Assembly (NCBI GenBank): GCA_003219695.1
Contig: QHQA01000021.1
Location: 18,263 to 82,262, forward strand
From: Verrucomicrobiota bacterium
GTDB lineage: Bacteria; Verrucomicrobiota; Verrucomicrobiia; Chthoniobacterales; UBA10450
Direction: 5' to 3'
DNA: 64,000 nt
Numbering within the stretch: position 1 is the stretch's first letter; every line of letters starts with the position of its first letter. Made by a program: the position numbers and the translations under genes. A model generated the notes under the pieces. That model was not told the DNA's origin, made no database searches, and saw only the letters and a list, made by a program, of their open reading frames with translations. This document shows, one piece after another, positions 37,740 through 47,081 of the stretch.

Positions 37740-37850
37740 AAGGTGGATCGCCTTCTCCCGAAGACGATGACAGATTAATCGCCGGAGCCGCAAATGTCAG
37801 GACGCAGAGCCGCGCATTGCCCAACGCCTTGAGGACAACGCGTTCCACCT
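37740..37850. mobile_element. MITE-like element with AAGGTGGA...TCCACCT termini, copy 1
   Basis: aaggtggatcgccttctcccgaagacgat ... gaggacaacgcgttccacct. Starts 14 nt after tRNA-Leu(GAG). Confidence 0.7.
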
Positions 37851-37859
37851 CGAAGCACT

Positions 37860-37977
37860 AAGGTGGATCGTCTTGTCTTCAAGACGATGGGTGGAAGCAA
37901 TCGCCGAAGGCGCGAATATCAAGCGGCAAAGCGGCATTTGATTTTGCCAAGGCGTTGAGGACAACGTGTTCCACCTT
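37860..37977. mobile_element. MITE-like element, copy 2 (tandem to copy 1)
   Basis: aaggtggatcgtcttgtcttcaagacgat ... gaggacaacgtgttccacctt. Confidence 0.7.
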
Positions 37978-38026
37978 GCAATTAGGCTTTTCGCGCCGTT
38001 TCTGTTTAGATACTCTTCAGTGCAAT

Positions 38027-39043
38027 ATGGAATCGCTTTATCTTGTCGGCATCGCGGTGCTGGCGCTCTTCGCGTTCGTGCTGGCGGTTGTTCTTTTTAA
38101 CTTTTTCGGACTCTGGCTCCGGGCGCGAATCGCAAATGCGCCGGTAAGCCTCGGCAAAATGGTTGGAATGCGGCTGCGCAAAGTCCCGGTCGGATTGATT
38201 GTCGATAATCGGATCACGGCTGTGAAAGCCGGGCTCGATGTTCGCAGCGACCCACTGGAAGCGCATTACCTTGCGGGCGGCGACGTGAGCCACGTGGTCC
38301 TCGCTTTAATCGCCGCTGACAAAGCTGGCATTTCGCTCGATTTCAACCGCGCATGCGCCATCGATCTCGCTACCAAAGGGACCGGAAAAACTGTGCTGGA
38401 AGCGGTGCGCACCAGTATCAATCCGAAAGTGATCGACGCGCCGAACCCTGCAGCGGGTCGCACAACCATCGATGGTGTTGCGCAGGACGGCATCGGCGTG
38501 AAAGTCAAAGCGCGCGTCACGGTGCGCTCGCATCTCGATCGGTTCGTCGGTGGCGCAACTGAGGAAACAATCATCGCGCGCGTCGGCGAAGGTATCGTCA
38601 GCGCGATCGGCTCCGCGCATTCCTACAAGGAAGTGCTGGAGAATCCTGATCGCATTTCCAAGACGGTGCTGGCCAAAGGTCTCGACAGCAATACAGCGTT
38701 CGAAATTCTATCCATTGACATCGCCGATGTGGATGTTGGCGACAATATCGGCGCGAAATTGCAGACCGAGCAAGCCGAGGCAGACAAGCGCGTGGCGCAG
38801 GCGAAAGCCGAAGTGCGCAGAGCGGCCGCCGTGGCAGGCGAACAGGAAATGCGCGCCAAGACGCAAGAAATGCGCGCCAAGGTGGTCGAAGCCGAAGCGC
38901 TCGTGCCGCAGGCAATGGCCGAGGCGTTTCGCGCCGGACATCTTGGAATCATGGACTATTACCGGATGAAAAATGTGCAGGCCGACACAAATATGCGCGA
39001 ATCAATCGCCGGCGGAGAAAAACCGCGAACGGATGGAACGTGA
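38027..39043 (+). CDS. floA: Flotillin-like protein FloA (UPF0365 family)
   Basis: N-terminal TM helix, then [25 protein letters not shown]...ITAVKAGL and a C-terminal coiled coil. ATG 38027 inside ORF 37955..39043. Confidence 0.85.
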   Translation: MESLYLVGIAVLALFAFVLAVVLFNFFGLWLRARIANAPVSLGKMVGMRLRKVPVGLIVDNRITAVKAGLDVRSDPLEAHYLAGGDVSHVVLALIAADKAGISLDFNRACAIDLATKGTGKTVLEAVRTSINPKVIDAPNPAAGRTTIDGVAQDGIGVKVKARVTVRSHLDRFVGGATEETIIARVGEGIVSAIGSAHSYKEVLENPDRISKTVLAKGLDSNTAFEILSIDIADVDVGDNIGAKLQTEQAEADKRVAQAKAEVRRAAAVAGEQEMRAKTQEMRAKVVEAEALVPQAMAEAFRAGHLGIMDYYRMKNVQADTNMRESIAGGEKPRTDGT

Positions 39044-39107
39044 TTGGGAAACTCGTTAATTGGTTACATCGTTACATCGTACATCGTTACATCATGAAGT
39101 CCGCGCT

Positions 39108-39199
39108 TGTCATGTTGAGCGAAGCGAAACATCTCGGATTGTCACTTTTGGAGTGCCGGGCAAATAGATCAGAGATTCTTCGCTTCGCTCAGAATGACA
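39108..39199. repeat. Family F 92-nt palindromic element
   Basis: tgtcatgttgagcgaagcgaaacatctc ... gagattcttcgcttcgctcagaatgaca, preceded by a gttacatc 8-mer array at 39063..39093. Confidence 0.85.
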
Positions 39200-39238
39200 A
39201 TACTCTTTAACAACGCTTCAACCCTTCAACTACCGGCA

Positions 39239-40129
39239 ATGGAACCAATGCTCGCAGTGCATCTCGAGAATCTACTTTTCCTTTTGCTTCTCGTAGTGGC
39301 TGGCTTGTTCCAGTTGCTGGGGCGAGTGGCGCGCAAGGTAAGCGGAGACGCGGCAAAAACAGCGTCAAAGGCTGTGCCGAGATCGGCGAGACCGATTCCG
39401 CGCGCTGGCCCCGAATCAGACGAGGAACGTATCCGGAAATTTTTGGAAGCGCTGGGCAATCCCCCGGCGTCACCGCCGCCGCCACGGACCGCGCAACGTC
39501 CAACGTATCGCAAACCACTCGTCCTCCCACGCGTTCCGCCGATCGCCTCGCCTCTTCCGCCACTGATCACCCGACCGCCGGATTTACCCAGCGAATTTGA
39601 AGTTCACCGTGAACCGATTCCCATTCCCGCCGAGCAGCCGCGCGCTGCTCAGGAATCAGACGAGGAACGTATCCGGAAATTTTTGGAAGCGCTGGGCAAT
39701 CCCCCGGCGTCACCGCCGCCGCCACGGACCGCGCAACGTCCAACGTATCGCAAACCACTCGTCCTCCCACGCGTTCCGCCGATCGCCTCGCCTCTTCCGC
39801 CACTGATCACCCGACCGCCGGATTTACCCAGCGAATTTGAAGTTCACCGTGAACCGATTCCCATTCCCGCCGAGCAGCCGCGCGCTGCTCAGCGTTCGAC
39901 AGAACCGGTATTTCAAGTCCACGAATCGACTGCACCGATCGTGCCAGCACCAACGCAACCTGCTACGACTGCACACGAAATTACAGCACAACCGCAAGTC
40001 GTTGTCCCGCGCCGTGCAATTGTCACCGCGACCTTGCTCCGATCAAAATCCAGTTTGCGCGAAGCGATCATTCTTCGCGAAATTCTAGGGCCACCGCGCG
40101 GTTTGCAAGCGCCTGACGCAACGCCGTAG
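39239..40129 (+). CDS. Membrane-anchored proline-rich protein with an internal 80-aa exact duplication
   Basis: TM helix LLFLLLLVVAGLFQLL, Pro-rich repeats and a C-terminal AIILREILGPPRGLQ module. ATG 39239 inside ORF 39194..40129. Confidence 0.5.
   Translation: MEPMLAVHLENLLFLLLLVVAGLFQLLGRVARKVSGDAAKTASKAVPRSARPIPRAGPESDEERIRKFLEALGNPPASPPPPRTAQRPTYRKPLVLPRVPPIASPLPPLITRPPDLPSEFEVHREPIPIPAEQPRAAQESDEERIRKFLEALGNPPASPPPPRTAQRPTYRKPLVLPRVPPIASPLPPLITRPPDLPSEFEVHREPIPIPAEQPRAAQRSTEPVFQVHESTAPIVPAPTQPATTAHEITAQPQVVVPRRAIVTATLLRSKSSLREAIILREILGPPRGLQAPDATP
39413..39892 (+). repeat. Perfect 2 x 240-nt tandem duplication
   Basis: 39413..39652 is identical base for base to 39653..39892 (lines compared directly). 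Confidence 0.95.
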
Positions 40130-40381
40130 CCGTCGCCCTGCGGGCGCGCTCGGGCATGCCTGCGCCCATCGATTGCCGCGCTTCGCACAGCGTAGCGGCG
40201 ACAGGTGGGAAGCACTGGGATCACGGCAGAACTGCCGACGACCGGCCGACGGTGAAATGGATTCGTCTCGTACGTCTTCAAGAATTTCTGCATAGTTATA
40301 TCGAGCCGAGGCGACCAAAACAGCTTCTGAATCCGAACCCGGATCGTTTCTCGGTTTCTCCCCGGAAGGAACTGAAAAACC

Positions 40382-40609
40382 GTGGATATCTACATCTACA
40401 TGCAGGGCCAACGACGCGGGCCTTACCAAAAGGCGCAACTACAAGAAATGTGGAACCGCGGCCAACTTGCTAAGGATGCGTTGTATTGGCACGACGGTAT
40501 GTCCAGGTGGGCTGTGATCTCCGATCTGTTCGCAGACATCAGGATGGCGCCTCCTTTACCTCTGGACACCGGCAACACCGAATCGATGACGTTTCCCGCC
40601 GCATCGTAA
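40382..40609 (+). CDS. Small GYF_2 (DUF4339)-like domain protein
   Basis: IYIYMQGQRRGPYQKAQLQEMWNRGQLAKDALYWHDGMSRWAVISDL fits the GYF_2 pattern. GTG start. Confidence 0.5.
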   Translation: MDIYIYMQGQRRGPYQKAQLQEMWNRGQLAKDALYWHDGMSRWAVISDLFADIRMAPPLPLDTGNTESMTFPAAS

Positions 40610-40656
40610 ATGCAGATTAAATCGGCAGTGCCTGCCGTCCGGCTACGCTAATCAGG

Positions 40657-41007
40657 TCAGCTCGCGGCCAGCGCCGCATCTACATCTGGGAAAATCTGAA
40701 ATATTTGATCGAGCCGCGAAGTTTCGAAAATCGAGCGCATCGTTTCGTGCAGACCAGTCAGGAAAAACCTGCCGCCATAGGCTTCAACTCTTTGCATCGC
40801 CAGAATAAGGGCTGCCAAGCCGGCGCTATCGATGTAAGTCGCGCGGGAAAGATCTATCACTATCCGTTCCGGTTTTTCCTTCGTCATTGCGTTAAGTGAC
40901 TCTGTGAGAGCAGGCGAAACGTGCAGATCGATTTCGCCTTTCAGCGGCAAAACATTCGGACGGTGTTGACGCGGCACCGGAGTGGCTGGGGAAGCGTTTT
41001 TCTTCAT
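40657..41007 (-). CDS. STAS-domain anti-sigma-factor antagonist
   Basis: IVIDLSRATYIDSAGLAALILAMQRVEAYGGRFFLTGLHETMRSIFETSRLDQIF. Confidence 0.8.
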   Translation of the reverse strand: MKKNASPATPVPRQHRPNVLPLKGEIDLHVSPALTESLNAMTKEKPERIVIDLSRATYIDSAGLAALILAMQRVEAYGGRFFLTGLHETMRSIFETSRLDQIFQIFPDVDAALAAS

Positions 41008-41221
41008 TTAATTTCTTCAATCGTCAACGCATCACCATCCGCGCGTATCGGCGATGTTTTCACATCCGGAGGATCTTCCGGTAATGAAACTGAAGCGTTA
41101 TGAAACGCAGCCCTATGTCGATCCGGCTTTGCTGATATTGTCAGCGATTGGTGTCAGCGGTTTTGCCGTTTTTTACGCGCGCGTGAAACTGTCTCACACT
41201 TGCGAAGCGGGCGTGTCGCGA

Positions 41222-41431
41222 TCATTCATCCTCACCCAACAATTGCAGCACGAGTGGGATCGTCGTTAACGCGCCGACGGCAACCAGCGTCCAGCCGATT
41301 GCTCGCCTCTGCTCAGCGGTCAGCTTTTCAGAAAGCAACAGCGCGATGCCAGCGCCGAGCATTGCACGCGTCCCGGCGATGAGACCGATTTGAGGAACGG
41401 TGACTTCGTGTTGTTTCATGTGTCGTTTCAC
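41222..41431 (-). CDS. Small two-TM membrane protein (hypothetical)
   Basis: 69 aa with hydrophobic segments IGLIAGTRAMLGAGIALLL and WTLVAVGALTTIPLVLQLL. Confidence 0.35.
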   Translation of the reverse strand: MKRHMKQHEVTVPQIGLIAGTRAMLGAGIALLLSEKLTAEQRRAIGWTLVAVGALTTIPLVLQLLGEDE

Positions 41432-41455
41432 TCCTTTAATCGTAATCCTAATCCA

Positions 41456-41755
41456 TCACAGATGGCTCGGCGACAAGCCGCGAGTCGCCGATTCAAGTTC
41501 CAGAAACGCAGTCAGCTTTTCATCCACTTGCACAACGAACCGGTTTCGGTCGCCGCGATGTGCGTCTGCAATCCAGATCGTTCGCCGGTTCGAATCAATC
41601 GCTGAAAGACAGCCCCAACTCCAATCGGCTTTGCTGAGATTGTCAGCGATGATTTCCCAGTACTTCAGAGAGGCCTTACGGCACACCGTCAGCGTCGCCG
41701 TTTTCGATTCGACTTGGTGATGCACGTTTACGAAGTCCGCCCTCGCAAAGATCAT
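41456..41755 (-). CDS. Conserved small protein of unknown function (YWEIIADNLSKAxWSWGC family), intact copy
   Basis: KYWEIIADNLSKADWSWGCLSAIDSNRRTIWIADAHRGDRNRFVVQVDEKLTAFLELE. ATG 41755 inside ORF 41456..41935. A decayed paralogue lies at 44813..45110. Confidence 0.5.
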   Translation of the reverse strand: MIFARADFVNVHHQVESKTATLTVCRKASLKYWEIIADNLSKADWSWGCLSAIDSNRRTIWIADAHRGDRNRFVVQVDEKLTAFLELESATRGLSPSHL

Positions 41756-41832
41756 CGCGGCTTCGACCTGATTTCCGATGCGCTGCCGTTCAGTCGGCTC
41801 TGGTACGGCGAGCCAAACGCAGTCAGTTGTGT

Positions 41833-42705
41833 CTACCTTTCTACTGGAATAAAGGCGAGCGAACCGAGATCGTTGGCGGTGATTTGCCCCACCCGGGTAC
41901 CCATGCCTGTGGTGACGTTGAACGTGACCAGCCACCGAAGGTGCAAGTTGTCGATTCCGCCACCCCCTTCCAGCCCGTACATCACATTGCTCGGGCCAAA
42001 GTCCGCCGCTTTTACCAAATTTCGAAGGCCCGTTGGACCGATTAGCGTCGCCATGCCCGTCGTCTTGTTGAAGCTGTAGAAGGAAAAATTAGTGACGCCG
42101 AAAAGCGCTCCCCTCCTGTCGGCCGCCAGGCCTCCTTGCTTTGTGAAATCAATCCCGGTTGACCCGGTCTGAACTGCCTGGCCCGTCACCGTGTTGATGG
42201 TGTAAAACTTTTGATCGTACGCAGCGAGCCCATACATGATCCCTGTCCTCGGATCGATCGCGATATCTGTAAGGACAGCCCCCAACGGGCCGATCGGAGT
42301 AACCAAAGCGGTGGCCGGATCGACGATCACGAGATAGTTTGGGTTGGTTGGAGACGCGTGTCCAGTCGCTCCGTAAAAGATGCCAGTGGCCGGGTGGTAC
42401 TTGAGGCCGGTTATGCCGTAAAAATTGCCAACGGCATCGTGCAGCAGACCCACCGTTGTAAGGACGGCGCCGGTGGCCCGGTCAAGGGTGTAAAGAATAC
42501 CCGGATCACCGAACGTTCCCGACGCGGCATAAAGCACAGCTCTTCTTCCCACTGCGTCGCCCTGAGGGCTTGCCCCAAGTGTGCCGGCGAAAAGTAACGA
42601 GATTGCGATCAAACAAATCCTGCTTAATCGCGATGTGAGCCAGAATCTTCCAAAGAACGGAATTGTTTTTATCGAAATTCCCATAAGTGAAGTCTTCGTT
42701 TTCAT
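41833..42705 (-). CDS. Secreted repeat protein (beta-propeller-like)
   Basis: Signal/TM segment LIAISLLFAGTLGA, then about 6 units of the pattern G..YG.....LY.I...TG....IGP.G. Confidence 0.5.
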   Translation of the reverse strand: MKTKTSLMGISIKTIPFFGRFWLTSRLSRICLIAISLLFAGTLGASPQGDAVGRRAVLYAASGTFGDPGILYTLDRATGAVLTTVGLLHDAVGNFYGITGLKYHPATGIFYGATGHASPTNPNYLVIVDPATALVTPIGPLGAVLTDIAIDPRTGIMYGLAAYDQKFYTINTVTGQAVQTGSTGIDFTKQGGLAADRRGALFGVTNFSFYSFNKTTGMATLIGPTGLRNLVKAADFGPSNVMYGLEGGGGIDNLHLRWLVTFNVTTGMGTRVGQITANDLGSLAFIPVER

Positions 42706-42992
42706 CGAACAATCTTTCTGTTTTCCCCGATTGGATTATTGACCTGCATAAACTGCAATCCAGTTCCGCGTGGAACCAGGAACCATCCTCACCAGGCGCT
42801 TTGAAGAAGCGGCCTCGTTTCGGCTGACCCGGGGCTCCTTTGTTTTAAATCCTTCATGGCAAATCAGCGTTGCAAGTTTGAGTTGATACATACGCCTTTT
42901 CTTGCAGTTGATGCTTAACACTGCTGTCTTTTGATGAGGAAACGGGTCGTTAGATAAGCGCCCGCCTTGGGCTGTGAGTTCTAAAGGCATAG

Positions 42993-44613
42993 CTACGGCA
43001 CAACGGTGAGTGTCAGATCGTTCCCGTCGCCGCCTTCATAGCTTGCTTGGAAGGTGTGGCCGTTGGAGGTTATCAGGGACCCATCGGGAAGATTGGTGAA
43101 GGCGCCTGCGATTGGCGTTGCGGCAGTGTTCTCAAGCACAGTAAAAACCGTTCCCGGCGGGAGGGCGTGCTGCCCGTGAACCGCGAAGTGAAATTGCGCT
43201 CCGTTAATCGTGACACCGTTAGCCATAACTTGGTCCACGGTTTGATCCGTGGTCTTCAACCCCACGTTGTAGGTCCCGTCGGAATTTAGGATCAGCGCAC
43301 CCAAAATGCTCAAGAAGTGGCCCGGGTTGCTGCCGGGCCTCCCAGGATCCAGCCCCGCGCCGCGACCGCTTCCTGTCCCCAGGGTGACGGCCCCGGCGAT
43401 CATGCCTCTGCCTCCCAGCACGCCGGCGTTGACTTGAACGGCGCCCGTCCCAGTGCCCGAGCCGCTAGGGTTATTGAGCACCAATGCACCGCTTTCAATG
43501 GTGGTGCCTCCGGTATAGGTGTTCGCGTTGGTGAGAATAAGTGTTCCCTGTCCAACCTTGGTGAGTGAGCCGCCATCCTGAATCACTCCGGAAAAGGTCG
43601 TACCGAGTGAGTTGCCCACGGTCAGGTTGTTAGCTCCGAGCGAAACCAAACCGTCCCCCCTCAAGTGATCCGATCGTCACGCCGGGAGCGTTGTGAGCGC
43701 TAATATCCAGGTTACCATTGCCGAAAATCTCTACGCGAGAATGGCTACCCGTAGAATCAGCGAAAAATTCAATCGAACCGCCAGGGCCACCGTTCGAACT
43801 GGGGTTGGCTATCAGCGTGGCATTGCCCGCATCGGAGGTAGCATTAAATATCGTCTTACCGCCGCTAAATGCCCAGCCGGGTGAGCCGCCATTGGCAATC
43901 AGCACTGCATTATCCGCCATCGCGCTATCGAAAAAGCTTGTGAAGCTGCCCAAAGTGAGTCCGACGGGGCCGCCGTCGTTGATGAAAGTGGCGCTGCCCG
44001 CGCTCGACGTGTCGAAGAAGTCCGTGTGGTTAGCTAAGCCGTAGTTGATGTTCGTAAAAACAGTCAGGTGCCCCGCCGTCGCACTATTCGTGAATTGTAT
44101 TACTGCAGCCTCGGTTTCAAACTCTCCAGCCACGAAGTTTTGCACAATCCCCGAATTGTTCGTGATGCCTACACCGCTGATGGTTAGGAATTCGTCGAAA
44201 TCGGCAAATGTTGCGACGTTGATCGTGAACGCACTCGCGTCCGCGCTGAAGACTATGCCGTTGACTTCAAAAGGAGTGGCAAATTGGTCGCCAACTAGGA
44301 CAGCGGTTGCATTGGAGACATCGAAGGTTGCCGTGTCGCCGGGTCCGTTGGGGACAGTCGCCGGCGTCCAATTAGCGGCGTCACCCCAACATGCTGACGT
44401 TGGAAACCCTGGGCAATCGGGGCCGCCGCCCGGGTTCAGGTTCCAAGTCGCGCTTCCCGCAAATGCGGTGCTCGCGGCTGAAAGCCAGAGCAATTGTATG
44501 GCTGCGGCCAGAACATAACCCGGCGCACGCAGGCGCAGACGTGAAGGAATAATCTGTTTGATTTCGCTGTGAAGAAGTGAACTCCAAAAACTCTGTCTGA
44601 TTCTCATAGCCAT
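42993..44613 (-). pseudogene. Secreted protein with autotransporter-associated beta-strand (PATR) repeats, split by a frameshift in a G6 tract
   Basis: ORFs 43630..44757 and 42993..43664 overlap. The junction reads ...GSLEGG / GDGLVSLGANNLTVG. PATR unit VGQGTLILTNANTYTGGTTIESGALVL. Signal peptide AAAIQLLWLSAASTAFA. Confidence 0.65.
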
Positions 44614-44812
44614 TACCTCAAGTTGTGCGAGCGAACCCTGTCGTTCGCGGATTTCCCTGCGGAAAGAGGGTGAGGTGGCTTGGCTGGAGTCCCCTAACGG
44701 ACTTAGCGCGGCGCGATATTGCCCGCCCGGGGCAGACAATGTCAAGACTTTTTTCAAGCAAGCGCACCGCGAGGTCTGCGAATTTAAGCGGAGGACTTCA
44801 ACCTAGCCGATG

Positions 44813-45110
44813 TCATGAATTACCAATCTGCCATTCGAGTTCCAGAAGCGCAGTCAGCTTTTCATCCGCGCGCACGATGAACGCTTCCGTTGTCGCAATG
44901 TGCGTCAGCAATCCCCAGATCGTTCGAGCCGTCGAAATCCATCGCTGAGACGCAGCCCCAACTCCAACCGGCCTTGCTGAGATTGTCAGCGATGATTTCC
45001 CAGTACTTCACGCGAATGGAAAATCGTCTGTCATTACCGTGGCGCAACACCCGAAAGGTGCCATTTACAAGTGACGCAATATGGATTTCTGCCGTATCAA
45101 CCCTTGCCAT
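44813..45110 (-). pseudogene. Decayed paralogue of the 41456..41755 small gene
   Basis: KYWEIIADNLSKAGWSWGCVSA is in frame. (R)TIW, IADAH and FIVRADEKLTALLELE are each found only in shifted frames, which implies at least 2 frameshifts. Confidence 0.6.
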
Positions 45111-45394
45111 CGGACTTCGGCAACAAAGGGTTCATGAAGGTTCACGACCAACCCCAATGGAATCATCAATAACACAAAGATGGCGGCCCGCTACGGCAGA
45201 CCTTAGTCGCCATACTCACGCCAGGTGTCGAAATGTGCCCCATGCGGAGAACAACCACAGAAACGGCAACGACCACGCAATTAACAACGATACCAAGAAT
45301 AACTGGTAGCCAGGCATTGGGTTGAGTGCCGTGAACCGATGACGTTGTTAATTTGTGTTCGTACGCGGCACTTGTATAGGGCAACTTCGTAGCG

Positions 45395-46560
45395 TCAACG
45401 CACGGTCAAGACCGCGTTGTTACTGGTCACGCTTCCGGCGCGATTACTTACGGTCACCGCGAAGAGCGCGCCGTTGTCCGCCGGTGTTGTCGGTGGAGTC
45501 GTATACGACGCCTTAGTCGCTCCAGTAATGTTCACGCCGTTCTTCGTCCACTGATAGTGCAATGGTGGTGTGCCTGTCGCCGTCACGCTGAAGCGGGCTC
45601 TCTGCCCTGCTCTGACCGTTGTATCGGCAGGCTGAGTCACGATCGAGGGCGGAAACGGCGTTGGAGTTGGCGTCGCAGTCGCGGTAGGTGTTGGAGTAGG
45701 CGTTGCGGTTGGTGGGGGCGTTGGAGGGGGCGTAGGCGTTGGCTGCCATGCATCGCTAATCGGTGTAGCACTCGCGCTGGCACCCGCGTACGGCAGCCCA
45801 TACATATCCTCAATCGTGCGAAGCACGTTGTAGTGGTTGATAATTTCGCTGTATTGGCCGGGTGCAACCATCGGACCGACAAAAATCGTTGGGATGTGGT
45901 TGCCGTCCGGCGCCACCGCTTCGTCCCATGTGACAATTAAGAGGCTATTGTGCGTCTGCGCCCACTGTTTGTAAGCATCGAGATTACTTTCAAGCCAATT
46001 ATCTCCGCTACAATTCGTGCTGGATCGGTTCCGTTGTGCATATCATGTTCCAAGTTAGGAACGACAATAGATACAGTAGGTAGCATGGTATAGTCGGTTG
46101 GGAAAAAACCAACAAAGGGCATATTCACCGAATCTGGAACGTTGAAGAAATCGACCCAAGGGTTATGCTTGCGTGCATAGTGTCCTTCCGAATCTGCATT
46201 CGTGCAGGTGGTAGATCCAACCGCATCCAAACTTTGAGAATATCCACCAAACGTCAAACCTACGGCCAGAAGCTCAGACGCAAGATTTGGGTCGGAGTAT
46301 GGCGACCCCGGGGGTGGACACGTATCGTTTACCACTTGCTCTATGCCGTTAAAAAGAGCGAGATAATTGCCCTGGCTCGGATGGGACACCCCATAAGACA
46401 TGGTGAATAAGGCCCCTTCAGTGGCCAGCGAGTTAATATAAGGTGCACTGGTGCTTCCGATAATCTCGTAGATGGAATGATTCTCCTCAATCACAATGAC
46501 GACGTGATCCGGCTGTGGGATGGCATTGGCATTCGATGTCAGGAAAACACCGATTCCCAT
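45395..46560 (-). pseudogene. Phosphoesterase-family (AcpA/PLC-like) protein with a Pro/Thr linker and Ig-like C-terminal domain, frameshifted
   Basis: PDHVVIVIEENHS in ORF 45937..46560. The expected continuation GDNWLESNLDAYKQWAQTHNSLLIVTWDEAVAPDGNH is readable only in another frame that feeds ORF 45395..45916. Confidence 0.65.
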
Positions 46561-47081
46561 AGTGATGAGCGGAAAGCGACAGTTCCTAAATATTTTGAGA
46601 AACCGTCTATCCGCCCAGGCGAAATTGATTCGAGCGCCGGACGACAGGAGGAAAGTCGGCGGAATCCCGGCGATAAATGCGGCCAGAATGTCTTTTATGA
46701 TGTAGACCTCCGATTAACCGGAGCCTCTCTCGAAGAAACCAACGCGATCCACTCTCCGAAGCGGGCGTGAGTATCTGCTGGGGGCTAGGGTCCGTGTAGC
46801 TTGGGATTTTACGGTGAACATGTCAATCCTCATTTTTCCGTTAGGTGACAACTGTTGGGGCTTTGGGATGAAGATCGAAAATGACAGCCGGCGTTGGGTT
46901 GGTTAACGAAAAGTAAACAAACTGTTACTTAATCTTTAGGTGCCCGTAGATGGTCTTGCGCGAATGTATTTTTGTACGGAAGGAACAGTTTGCCATGTTG
47001 CCGATATTTTTGCCGCATCTTCACGATACGGCTTCAAGCTACAATGGCACTGCACCCACACTTCTGAGAAAGGAACTACCC

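Noticed and set aside
42736-42990. 84-aa minus-strand ORF between the PATR and propeller-like genes
   Set aside because: No motif, no obvious ribosome-binding context and atypical composition. More likely an intergenic spacer.
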